Of a stretch of 54,560 nt of DNA, positions 1 through 11,282 are shown one piece after another. The stretch covers positions 1-54,560 of the forward strand of contig LXFE01002012.1 in NCBI GenBank assembly GCA_001929475.1. The letters run 5' to 3'. Below the pieces are notes generated by a model. It searched no databases and was not told the origin of the DNA. It saw nothing but the letters and a program-made list of their open reading frames with translations. Positions within the stretch are counted from its first letter, which is position 1. The number at the start of each line of letters is the position of its first letter. Position numbers and translations under genes: made by a program. This DNA is from Neolecta irregularis DAH-3. Taxonomy: Eukaryota.

Positions 1-204
1 TTTACGTTTTTTTTTGGCGAGGTGTCGCGTAAAGGGGGGTGTCGCTTAAATCGGTGTTGAGCTTAACCACTAGCACCTCTGACAACATCAAATTCAACTG
101 ATAAATTATTAGCTTTGTAAAAGTATCGCTATTATTCGCAGCAATTACTCAGGAAGTCTTGTCAACTCTCTGTTGTAGTGGCAACAGCTTTTTGCGTGTT
201 TCAA

Positions 205-921
205 ATGCACGATCTTAGCTCTCAATTCACTGCTCTAAGCATATCCTATATTTCCAAGAGAAATACGAAATCTCCAGCCTCTTTTCGAAAATCCCTAAAG
301 AAACTCAAGAGCAACAACTTCCACGCTCGACGCCTTGATAGATCTAACCATGCCAGCAATTTAGTCACTCCACATATTCCATTTCAGGCTGCATACATTC
401 ATATTCTTTCCAAAAGCCAACTGTCAGTGCTCTATAGCTTTAATCCAAAGGGGAAGGAAACAAAAGATCATCTTCATCAAAATGGTGAAATGTTCTCTCA
501 TCCAGTAACTGCATATATCTATCGCCAAGCAATCAAAGATATTACTGGTCGTTTGGCACCTGCTTGGGTCGTCAAATCAATTACATCTCAGCCCATTTTT
601 CATCAAAAAGAACAGATACTACGAGCTGCCATCATTCTTATCTCAAGACATTCGAAAGGGAATTATAAACTTGAATATCTCGTCTTCACCGCCGTTTTCA
701 TTTCAGCCAAACTCTTCAGTCCATCGCAGGAGTACCTGTCCATATCTTTGGACCTTTGGAGTAGAGTTACAAGGTCTAGCACAAAAACAATTTTTCGCTG
801 GGAAATAGCTTTCTTAAGAGACATAGATTGGAACCTACACATTTCAAGAGAGAAGTGGATTGTCTGGGAAGAATCATGGAAAAGATTGGAAAGCTATGCT
901 GAGCCATTACTGACGGGTTGA
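205..921 (+). CDS. Divergent intronless cyclin-fold protein (Pho85-cyclin/Pcl/Clg1-like)
   Basis: ATG at 205 (the ORF track starts at an upstream GTG). C-terminal VFTAVFISAKLFSP...WSRVT...IFRWEIAFLRDIDWNLHISREKW matches the cyclin-box end (W..E..FL..IDW.L.I). Confidence 0.75.
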   Translation: MHDLSSQFTALSISYISKRNTKSPASFRKSLKKLKSNNFHARRLDRSNHASNLVTPHIPFQAAYIHILSKSQLSVLYSFNPKGKETKDHLHQNGEMFSHPVTAYIYRQAIKDITGRLAPAWVVKSITSQPIFHQKEQILRAAIILISRHSKGNYKLEYLVFTAVFISAKLFSPSQEYLSISLDLWSRVTRSSTKTIFRWEIAFLRDIDWNLHISREKWIVWEESWKRLESYAEPLLTG

Positions 922-1412
922 AAGTTTTGTGTCAAGTTGATGCCGGCTGATGATGACGTCTAAGAAGACAAAGCTGCTTGTATTGAGTCAATTCCGTATC
1001 TTGAGTAAAATCAAATCCTACCTGTATCGTTTAAGCCGGTGATTAAATTTGCTGATATTTCGCCAGTATTTTTGTGTATTTCATTTCATCCAAATTTTAG
1101 AGAGTTCCGGTACTGATAGAAAACCACGAGGTTGAGACTACAAGAACCAGTCTATAATTTAACCTCTAAGGATTTATGATATATATGTATACCGATAATA
1201 TACATACTTGCTGCGTCCCTTATAGGTCCTATATTTGCTGCTCCTGTATTAATTTGATCTATACATCTCTCTACACAAATACCTCCCTCTTTATTCCTAT
1301 ACCTTGTTAATATATTATACAATTGTGAGATTGTAAACCTATAGACAGTCAACTTTATCGCTATCTTTGAACACTGGAAGACAACTGTGACGAAGTAATC
1401 GAAACTCTAACT

Positions 1413-2468
1413 ATGTCTGACCTACCCGATTATGTCTATTGCGACAATTGTCAAAAGCCTTTTATGCGAAGCGCAATGATTCTTCATACGCCTACATGTC
1501 AAAAACCATCAAAAGCAGAATCAGTCGGAAAGTCACCTGTCAAGGTTGATGATGACAAAGAAATGTCTCGATCAGATTCAAAAGGTTCCAACATGAAGAG
1601 GAAATTTTCTCAAGGTATGTACAGTCAATCGAAAACGAGATTTACTTGAGGCTCAGATTCGATTGCATCATCGTCAGCTCCGCCTAAAAAACATCCCTCT
1701 GGATCCAATCTTGCAACTGCACGCAAAGCCCCACAAGAGAAAGATGACAAGAAGGAGGAGTTCAAGAAAGAGAGGAAAGAGATTGAACAAAAGCTCATTG
1801 CTGAGAAGACTAAAAAGAAAAAAGCCAAGAAGTCGGCTCCCACAAAGCCTAAGGGTATTACTACTATTAGAAAACTACGCTGAATTTGTTATAGAGAAAG
1901 GACCAGTTGATGTTGAACGTCAATGCGGTGTTCCTTTACCGGCAGGGGGGATGTGTGCGCGATCTCTTACGTGCAAGACACATTCGATGGGAGCAAAACG
2001 GGCTGTCATGGGACGGTCCATGCCTTACGATCAACTGCTTGCTCAGTATCAGCGTAAGAACCAAGCTAAGCAAGCTGCTATCGCAAGTAATTCATATTCT
2101 CTGGTCTTCACATTCTGACACAGCAAGATGCGAGTAGACCGCCTCCAGTGCCAGTATTCGATGAATATGAATCTGCACCTCAGGCTGTTGATTCTGACGA
2201 CGAGGTCGCGCTAGTGATGGAGGCTATAGCAAAATCTAACGCTAAACCCCTTGAACGGAAGGTTATTGTTCCTGTACGGCGCAGACGAAATTTCTTTAGA
2301 ACAAGAGAAATGTTTGCTGGAGCAATGAGCCTTCAAAGCAACACTGTACAGTCTACACTATTTGCACAATTTATACCGTTCACGATGAATAAAATTGATC
2401 CGAACGCACAAGCCACGAAGGGCGGCTCTCAGTCACAGACAAACGGGACTAAAACCGAAGGAAAATAA
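1413..2468 (+). CDS. SGF73: SAGA DUB-module subunit Sgf73/ataxin-7 (3 introns)
   Basis: N-terminal CDNC...HTPTC zinc finger and SCA7 domain [37 protein letters not shown]. Intron 1 is 1615-1656 (GTATGT..CAG). Confidence 0.92.
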
Positions 2469-2706
2469 GGAGGTCATTTGGGTCTTGGTGTTCTTCATTG
2501 CATTTTCGAACCTTGTGTACAATATGGCATGCCTTTTGTAGTTAATATATGTAACACCGTCCCTCGAGGAGAGTCTAATCATTCAAGTTCGAAAAATTGG
2601 GGTGTTTGTTTACCTTTCCACTGGAAAATCCCATTCTTCAACTAAACACCATCCATCTCCATTCAAGTTGTTACATATTTCCATCACCTTCTACGGCTTC
2701 CTAAAT

Positions 2707-4042
2707 ATGTCAGTCCGATCCCTTGAATCGCGCCTAAAGAATTTGACGGTCGATGAAAATGGCCCTGTAAAGACTGTCCAGCATTCGAAAATCCAGCAGC
2801 AGCAGCCTGCTCGGGTTTGTCACCTCGGTTTAATCAACCGACTAATCATCTGTATAGCCCCAATCAACCCGCCATCCTCTGCTTAAACTTGCAATTCACA
2901 ATCAATCTCAAGCAGCCCATATCACCTCCGTTAATGCATCACAAAAGACCCAATGGCGATCCTCGCAGGTACCCCTTACGCAGAAAAGCCCGAATACTAG
3001 ATCTCAGAAAAAAAGGCCGGAAGACCCAGATAATGAGAGATCAGTGTCTTCTGCACCAAACGAGTATCATTTGAGTATGTTTGAAATTGGAAAACCTCTC
3101 GGAAAGGGAAAATTTGGGAGAGTATATCTAGCCCAGGAACGACGATCCGGTTTCATCTGTGCTTTGAAAGTCCTCTATAAGAATGAATTGATGCAGAGTA
3201 AAGTCGAAAAGCAAGTTCGAAGAGAAATAGAAATTCAGTCCAACCTCCGGTGATTGAACACCTGAATTGACTTTACTGATTAGTTTCTAGGCACCCGAAT
3301 ATTCTTCGGCTATACGGTCACTTTCACGACGATAAGAGAGTCTTTCTCATTTTGGAGTTTGCTGGCCAGGGTGAATTATACAAAATTCTTCGAAAGAAAA
3401 GGCGATTCTCCGAGCAGATTGCTGCAAGTGTATGCAATGGTGCTGCGGAGGATTTAGCTTATATTTTCTAGTATATCTTTCAAATGGCCAATGCTTTATC
3501 CTATCTTCATAAGAAACACGTTATTCATCGAGATATCAAGCCTGAAAATATTCTCGTGGGTCTCAATGGCGAAATCAAGATCTCTGATTTTGGATGGAGT
3601 GTTCATGCCCCAAACTCTCGGTATTTTGATTCTGGTAGTGGAAAGCATTAATAGATCAGGAGGAATACTCTCTGCGGAACCCTCGACTATCTCCCGCCAG
3701 AAATGGTCGAAGGGCGAGAGCACAATGACAAGGTTGATCTTTGGTCTCTCGGTGTTCTGGCGTACGAATTTCTCGTAGGAAACCCGCCGTTTGAAGACCT
3801 TGCTGGGCACAATGCCACGTACAAGCGCATTGCAAAGGTTGATTTACGCATACCAGACTTTGTCAGTCCGGAAGCTAAAGATTTAATTACGAAAGTATAT
3901 TATTTACAGAGTATTTATCTATTGACCAAGCTAGTTACTTCAACATAATCCGGAGAAAAGACTTGCTCTCGATCAGATAGCCTTTCACCCATGGATCATT
4001 AAGCATAGAGAAGCCATGGCAAAAAGACTCTCCGAGCATTAA
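2707..4042 (+). CDS. ark1: Aurora kinase (Ark1/Ipl1), 5 introns
   Basis: [83 protein letters not shown]. Stop TAA at 4040-4042. Confidence 0.97.
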
Positions 4043-5348
4043 GATACGGCATCTCTCTTTTCATCATTGTGAGCATTGGGTTATAATGTGTTGGTATTCA
4101 CAAATAATGAAGCTTTGTCTACTTGTTTGAGTTATCCCGTATATAATCAACGCAGATGCTTTGCATATTGAAATATCGAGATCTCCATGCTGAATGCCAT
4201 CTGCCAGGCGGAGATGGTATTGTCACTCATTGGAGGTGTAAATTGCCGAACACATCAACTTGATTCAAGTGTTTCCTGAACCTGAACTAGCATACAGCAT
4301 TATACTCTCAATCTTAGACTGGGCAGTCAACACACTTCAGGTGAGTATACTCTCGGTTCAAGTACATTGGTATCTTATGATACACCGTCCTTCCAATTGG
4401 ATATGGACAAAGAATACTTACCATGTAAATATATGCCGCTCCCCCTGCTGTTGATCATTCTCTGCTATTAATCTATACAGAGATGCATGAAGATTGTGCT
4501 CTTAAACCCATAATTACGCATCATGGAATAGACTAAGTGACCATTCTTTTTGAGGAACTGTTAGTTATTGCCATCAACAGAGAGGATATTAGGGTCAATA
4601 TCTTAGAAAGGTAAATGAGCAGTCAGTCCGGAAAAGTCAAACTTTTCTCAAGTGCTTATATTTTGTCAAGAACTGAATATTCAATTCCGGGACTGTGTTT
4701 CGCAGGACTGTGTTTCGACAAAGTCCTGCAGAACGATTCATAAAAAATCTAAATGACACAAATGACAGAAGAAGAAACTAGAATGAAGCGCTTGACTGAC
4801 ATAATCATCGAGATGTCGGGGGATAACACAGAATGTCACCCAAGACCCAGTTTGAAAAGTTTGGATTGCAGAAAGATAATTTCTTTTTTTAAAAATTGGT
4901 TTATGATAGACGGTATCTCAGATTTTAAACACGAGGACAGGGATATATTATCCCATAAGCCCTTGCCTGTCTTTGCCACCGTGAGAGTTGAAGAATGAGC
5001 CTGTTAAGCGAGACCTTCTATTTCATTTTCGGATTTGAGATCATCGAAGCATGCGGTATGTTTGCAGCCCATATATTGCACAGCCTTGACCAAACGTCAG
5101 ACACAATGTATTATTTCCATTTGAGGTAGGCTTCGAGATTGTACTCTCATAATCAGGATCAGAAGAGACTCTCGAATCCTCGATTCACCATATTTGTGCA
5201 AACTCTGTGATATGATTCCGAGCGGGTGACAAGAGAAATGCGACAAATGAGTTTTTCCAAAGTTACCGGAGCCTAAACGAAAGAGTGTACAGGCTAAATT
5301 CAGAGTTTGATCTTTTGTTTTCTTTATAGCACGCCGCCTCATGCTTTG

Positions 5349-6213
5349 CTAATAGATTTCGTCAAACGGCCTTGTATCGTGGAAGCAGGAATCAAAGACT
5401 TGTTCAATGGTCCGAGAAGCCTCTTCGTCAGACTTACAATTAGGGTTGTTTCTGAGGGCTTGAAAAGCTCTCCGTTTCACGCAATTCTGTTCTCTTGTTA
5501 ATATAATTCATTTGTTCAGTCGTGCCTGATGCTGCTTCACAAAGCTCACCTGTTTTCGTTCGAAAAACTCCCGCGACCATTTACATTCCCCACTTAGCGT
5601 CATGGCACGGATCTATTTTTGTCAAGGTTACTCGTTATCGGCAATTTAAATACCTCCGAACAAGCATGATGCTTTAAATTCCCCCAGTCTACGTGAAATC
5701 GACACATGTCATATACATGCATCATTTCGTGAACAAGGGTATCTTCCATATGCCTTTTCCCGAATATTTTATTCTGGCATAAGACTATTCCAGCCTGCGG
5801 AACGATCCCCCCAGCCTGACGTCCAGCGCACGGGACACATTTAAGTCTATCAAGCGTAATTGGACATTGAATTCTGTCAAGATTCTGCATCATAAAGATT
5901 ACGGCGGGGGCTAGGGGTATTAGTATATTAGCAGAGAGGTCTCCGCACAAGTTTTGAGAGCTTGATTTCTCCATTTTTCGCAGCGCTCCTTTTTTGCAAA
6001 ATAGAATTTCCTGTCGGCAAATTCCTGATATTCCTGCTTCTCTGCTTCTGTCAAGCCGATATTGAGAAGGTATTTGAACGATTTTGTCCAATAGTTGAAA
6101 TCTGCCTGTTCTTGGGGTGTCACTGGCTTTGGTACAAAGCGATCATCGGTGGTCTCCGGTGATTGCGGTGCATGCGGTTCGTCAGTGAATGGCGCGGGGT
6201 CCGCTATGGACAT
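5349..6213 (-). CDS. ATP23: Mitochondrial inner membrane protease Atp23 (M76), 3 introns
   Basis: HEXXH motif EDTLVHEMMHVYD, HHACSEIRA, and C-terminal QHQNCVKRRA...FDSCFHDTRPFDEIY*. Confidence 0.95.
5487..5525 (-). other. Probable GC-AG intron (39 nt) in ATP23
   Basis: CAG|GCACGA...AACAG|AAT. It contains an in-frame TGA, and splicing keeps the conserved KQHQ-x-CVKRRA. Confidence 0.7.
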
Positions 6214-7043
6214 TTCTCTATAGAGTTTCGCTGATATATGTAGTCGTTGAAGTTTGTGGTTGTGATGAAGAAAACATAATTACAATAAAAATAGGTTTAT
6301 CTCATTTTAACTTCTCCCTGTCGGCATATTGGATATTCGATTGAGATGAGGCTCTTCCTCATCAAATAATATTTTCTTTGCTTACTAGGCCGGTATATAA
6401 TTAAACAGAATGATAAATAATCATTCTATTGCTTTTCTGAAATGACGCAGGCTGGGACTGAGCAGACGATAGCTTCTCAATATCTTCACGTCGCCTAGTA
6501 ATTCCAGAGATTGCTGCTATAGGAGTTTCTTTAATTTTCCGATGATGCGATATGAAACGACAGAGCCTGAACTGGATCTGCTCTTATAACGTGGACAGGG
6601 AGTGAAATTGTGTGTAACAAGCTCCAAGTCCTATCATCTCAAACAACTCCTGAATTCGACGGAGAGGGTAGACTTGGAATCGATGAAAGAGTGATAGTAA
6701 ACCCATAAAAACAAGTGGCTTCGTCTTGAATAATCTGTACACTGCATCATTACTAGTTCAACAATGGAATTGTTGGGAAATTATTGCCCTGAAACTGTAC
6801 TTATAATAACGGAAAATGATACTGGGCACTGGAAGGTAATTTGTCACATTAACAGGGCAAAATAACATGCTTTGAAATCAAAAATACGAATTTTGAAAAT
6901 ATTTATTATAAAATCAACATCTAAACAATGTCGCCGATGTAAGTCTAACTAAATGGAATTGCCTATGCGTTGTCAATAATCTCCTTACTAATATAGGAAA
7001 AAATACTGTATTCGACCCACATAATAGTCATTAGTGGATCAAG

Positions 7044-7953
7044 TCAAGAACATGGGAAGTAGAGGACTTGACCCGCAAGTATGGATCCCCAGTCCTTGAT
7101 ACCCTTGTTCATCGAAAGAAATAATTGTTCATGGATAAAGACACCAAGAGTGTTCGCGATATTCAGGACAGTATCGCCTAGGAAGTTACTCCCTGTGATC
7201 CGCAAACATTGACACACCCTGTACGGCAGTATACTTTTGACGGCAAGGTGAGCATGGCAAGTATATCAGTTCATCCGGGGTAATGAAATTCCAGTTTTTG
7301 ACGTCCGGGTTGTATACATAAAAGTCAAATTCATTGATTGCGACATAACGGCTTTCGGCAATTGCTATGACGCCATCACCTAGAATTTAGTATTCTCGTT
7401 TTAGATTATGCCACCTACCATGTTTCACTTTGTAACCCTGAAGACACGGCGAGCATGGAAGGTTGATAACTTGGCCCACGCTGACGAACTTCCAATTGTG
7501 CACAGTTGGGTTCAATAAGGAAAATAACAACTGATCGATTGGAATACGAAACAACTGGTGAATACTGAAGACATTATCATCTAGCACATCAGCGTCCTTG
7601 TTCCGCAAGATATTGACTTACTTTGCTGGACAGTGTAATTCTGGGTACAGATTGATGGTGTGACAACAGGAGCAGGGCTGGAGCAGGGGAAATTCAATAC
7701 CTGTCCTGGAATAATATTGTTCCAGTCTGGTACGGTTGGATTGAGGCTTGTGAATTCGTCGTGAGAATTTGTTAACCCAAGTGCAGCGGTAATGATAGTA
7801 ACAGTTTCACCTAAGCTTTAGTCTCTTAAACCATCAAGATATTGGCTCACCCTGCTTTACAGTGACCTCTTGCGTACAGTTTAAGGAAGAAGCGTTCGAA
7901 TCAGCAGTAGTCAATGTGAAGAAAAGCGCAAGGAGACAAAGTAGGAACCGCAT
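7044..7953 (-). CDS. Secreted protein with four fungal-type LysM domains (~249 aa, 4 introns)
   Basis: Signal peptide MRFLLCLLALFFTLTTA, then four repeats of C..Y.V..GD.V..I......F...NP.V.NW..I..GQ...LPC. Introns at 7811-7850, 7581-7621, 7380-7418 and 7178-7217. Largely missed by the ORF track. Confidence 0.9.
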
Positions 7954-7986
7954 AGTGGTGCTCTCTCATAGAGCTGGCAGGAGCTC

Positions 7987-7994
7987 TTTATATA
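7987..7994 (-). promoter_or_regulatory. TATA box of the LysM gene
   Basis: TATATAAA on the minus strand about 35 bp upstream of the ATG at 7953. Confidence 0.55.
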
Positions 7995-8405
7995 CCGGAG
8001 CATTGTCATGTTTGTTTTCTCTTTAAAAGACGAGGCTGAGTTCGGGGACACGCTCTTCCGACGATTAGGCAAGTTTAGTGCTTAAAAAGACGCGCTATGC
8101 CAGTAGTTGGCAAAGTTACTATAAGGATGCTCGAGCCGCTTTATGACTCAATCGAGGCTGGGAGAATAAAGCGGACTAATAGTTTCCGTGGCGAGGCAAA
8201 TAGTGTCCGCGCCGGTAAATGGCATCTAGACAAGCAAAGTACAAGATGAGTACACAGCTTGCTCTATGGCCCTGCATAATGAACCCTGCAGTTGTTTCTG
8301 ATTCGGTTTCTCCATTTGCTAGTCCCTGCTTCGGAATCGGCCGTTATTTTGCCAACAATCACTCTTGCCATCTGGCATCTGCATTTAAGCCCGACAAAGC
8401 CTGTT

Positions 8406-8476
8406 TGAACCTGTTCAGAAGCGATAGTTTCTTAAATTAACTGGTGTTTTCCCGTCTGAACCTGTTCAGAAGCGAT
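8406..8476. repeat. Direct repeat of a 20-bp self-palindromic unit
   Basis: TGAACCTGTTCAGAAGCGAT at 8406-8425 and 8457-8476. Core is TGAAC-CT-GTTCA. Confidence 0.85.
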
Positions 8477-8580
8477 CGTTTGGTCAATCGGTTGGTATTT
8501 TTGTTGGCTTCTTTCTAATTGGTCCGCAATCAATCTTCGCCCTTGGGATTACCTCCGCCTAAGGACTGCTTACTAAAGTA

Positions 8581-8980
8581 TGTGTGAGCGTTAGGTGTCC
8601 GGACTTACCGCTCAGGAGGCTTAGGTTGAAGAATACGATAGTAAACCCTTTGATACAGGCAACTACGGATGGTATTGCTTCTGTTCCTGCCTGGTCGCTA
8701 GTCAAGCTAGGCGCTACTTATATACTATAAAGAATGGGCGTGACGTCTCCTCTGATATCCGGTGCCTCTCCCTCAGACACCTTGGGTGGCAACGATTGTG
8801 ACAGCCCAACCTTTGCTTGTGGTACTGCTTGCCATCGTCGGTCCCCTTTGTCTGGAGTCTCCGTCCCCGGGTCGAACCCGATGGGAGAGCCTTGGTGGTT
8901 TTGGCTGGGGTATACCAGTGCCTTCTGATCATAGGGCACTATTGCGTCCCCCACACTTGCCTTCGTTCACTGACAACACA
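8581..8980 (-). mobile_element. Possible solo LTR (retrotransposon relic)
   Basis: About 400 bp, GC-richer than its flanks, bounded by TG...CA with imperfect inverted ends (TGTGAGCG / CACTGACA). Internal TATATAAG on the minus strand (8717-8724). No clean target-site duplication. Confidence 0.4.
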
Positions 8981-9527
8981 ATTACGGCCTGTGTAACGCG
9001 CCCGCAAACTTCTTTTTTCAATTGGTTACTTTACTTTTGCCAAACTTGAGTACATATACTAGGTTAAAAGGCTTGCGCTAATGCCGTGGTGTTAGTGCGA
9101 GGCTCTTCGATCTTTCAAAGTGGGGGTTTATTTTTCTATTTTGGAATGGGATAATCAATAGAGTCAATATTCTTGCCACCTTTCACCATGTTAAACAAAC
9201 TGGAGACAAGTCAGCCGACGGGTTTATTTGTGATATTCCTCGTGCAGCTTTTGCTCATTTTCTACACTTATCACTACCCAGATGAACGTAAAGCATAGCC
9301 CTTTTGAGTTGGCATTACAAATTGTCTAATTCCCATTTATTATATGAGTCTCAGGTTATTTCGGATTATTTGATATAATGTATGCATATATCGCACATGT
9401 TAATTTGAAATCGCTATGAAGTTGACTCGACAGACTATTCTTGAGATCTTGTTCCTTTTTTGGCCTTCTCCCAAAATATATCCGACAAACCAGAGTGGCG
9501 GCTTCGTACGAGAAGCAAAGACGAAAA

Positions 9528-10961
9528 ATGAAGGCTGCGAAAAAATCTCTAGTTATAGTTATTAAACTAGGTAATTGTGTCTGGATAGCCACCACTTGAC
9601 AATTGAAGGAACATCTTCAATCTGCGATGAGACAAGTCATGCACCCCTTATTTCGAATCTTTCGAATATAGTTGAAACTGTTGTCAAATTGAGAAAAGAA
9701 GGACACAAGGTAGTGATTGTGTCATCAGGAGGGATTGGAATGGGTCTGCGAAGAATGGATCTCGATAAGAGACCAAAGAGACTGCCCGCTGTACAGGTAG
9801 AATGTAGCAACCTTGAAAGACTGGTCTAACTTTACAAGGCAATCGCAGCTATCGGGCAATCACGATTAATGGCTTTATACGATGATCTATTCGAACACCT
9901 AAGACAACCAGTTGCTCAAATACTGTTGACCAGAAACGACATAGCCGATGTATTCTCATTACCGCACTTCACAGCTGATCAATAAAGAGAACACAATATC
10001 TCAATGCCGCAAACACGCTTAATGAACTCTTGCAAATGGGAGTTGTCCCGATCGTTAACGAAAACGATACAATTGCGGTCAGTGTATGAATATGCATTGT
10101 TGAGATTTTTTGACCACTAGGAAATCAAATTTGGCGATAATGATACGCTATCTGCACTCACCTCCGGAATGGTCAACGCTGATTATCTCTTTCTGATGAC
10201 AGATGTTGATTGTTTGTATACTTCAAATCCCAGAAAAGATCCCAATGCGAAGCCCATTCAAGTTGTTCATGACATCAGTCAACTGAAAGCTGACGGTTTG
10301 CCTTCTATAACCGCTACAAAGCTGACGTACAGTAACTTCGTCCGGAAGTCGTGTAGGAACTGGAGGAATGGTCACGAAAATCATTGCTGCAGAATTGGCA
10401 ACGTCAGTAGGAGTTACAACGGTCATTGCACGAGGCTCAGAGCCGCAAAACATCTTCGAAATAGTCGACTACATTTCTAAGCAAAGTTCAAGGCCAGATG
10501 TACCATTAGCAGTGGAACCAAATTTCGTAGGAGAACCACCTTTACATACATGCTTCGTTCCAAAGCCCAAGAGTATTGGCGATCGAGGTTTCTGGTTAAG
10601 TCATGGCCTTTCTCCTCGTGGAAAGATATTTGTCGATAAAGGCGCTTACCATGCATTATCAAGAACTGAAAGAGCCGCTTTACTTCCTTCTGGAATACTT
10701 CAGGTTGAGGGTTCGTTTTCCGCTCAACAAGCAGTTGATCTGTTCGTTTCTCGACGACTAGAAAATGGGAATGTCGAACCTTTAAATCCAATTTCGTTTG
10801 GGAGAGCATTGGTCAATTATTCTTCGATTGAGATCAACAAAATAAAGGGATTGAAAAGTTCTTTGATTGAGAGTGTGCTCTCCTATGCAGATAGTGATTG
10901 TGTTGCATATCGTGAGAATATTGCAATTAAAAATATTTTTCCTTTGGATGAAATAACCTAG
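9528..10961 (+). CDS. PRO1: Glutamate 5-kinase with PUA domain (5 introns)
   Basis: [60 protein letters not shown], and a PUA domain. Confidence 0.97.
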
Positions 10962-11282
10962 TAAATCCCCGGTGTTTGGGATTTTTATCCAAGGTGTTTG
11001 GTAAAGATAGCATGAATAGTAACTACTCCAAAAATACAGACTGGTCATCTCAATTAACGGACTATATAGAGCTATTTCTGAACGGAAAAGAATGTTATTC
11101 GAGAGTAGTCTAGAACAAAACACATATACATACACGTATGCAACCACTGGTTGAGATCCCGTCAGTTACAACCCGTTGTAAGATTCGCTAGACTGGAAGA
11201 TATCGAGTGTGCTTTTAGTATACGAGAAAAGGGGAAGACAACCTCCGTCTTATAAATGCTGATGAAAGGAAATGAATAATTT

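Noticed and set aside
21-50. GGTGTCGC(G/T)TAAA twice upstream of the cyclin-like gene (MCB-like)
   Set aside because: Not the ACGCGT consensus, at the window edge, and too little evidence.
2083-2127. Possible eighth GC-AG intron in SGF73 (ATC|GCAAGT..CAG)
   Set aside because: An equally in-frame GT..AAG solution exists with a better branch-point distance, so it was not counted.
8000-9300. Telomerase RNA, U1 or RNase P/MRP candidate
   Set aside because: No TAACCCTAA-type template, ACTTACC at ~8603 is not followed by U1 structure, and no RNase P/MRP conserved boxes were seen.
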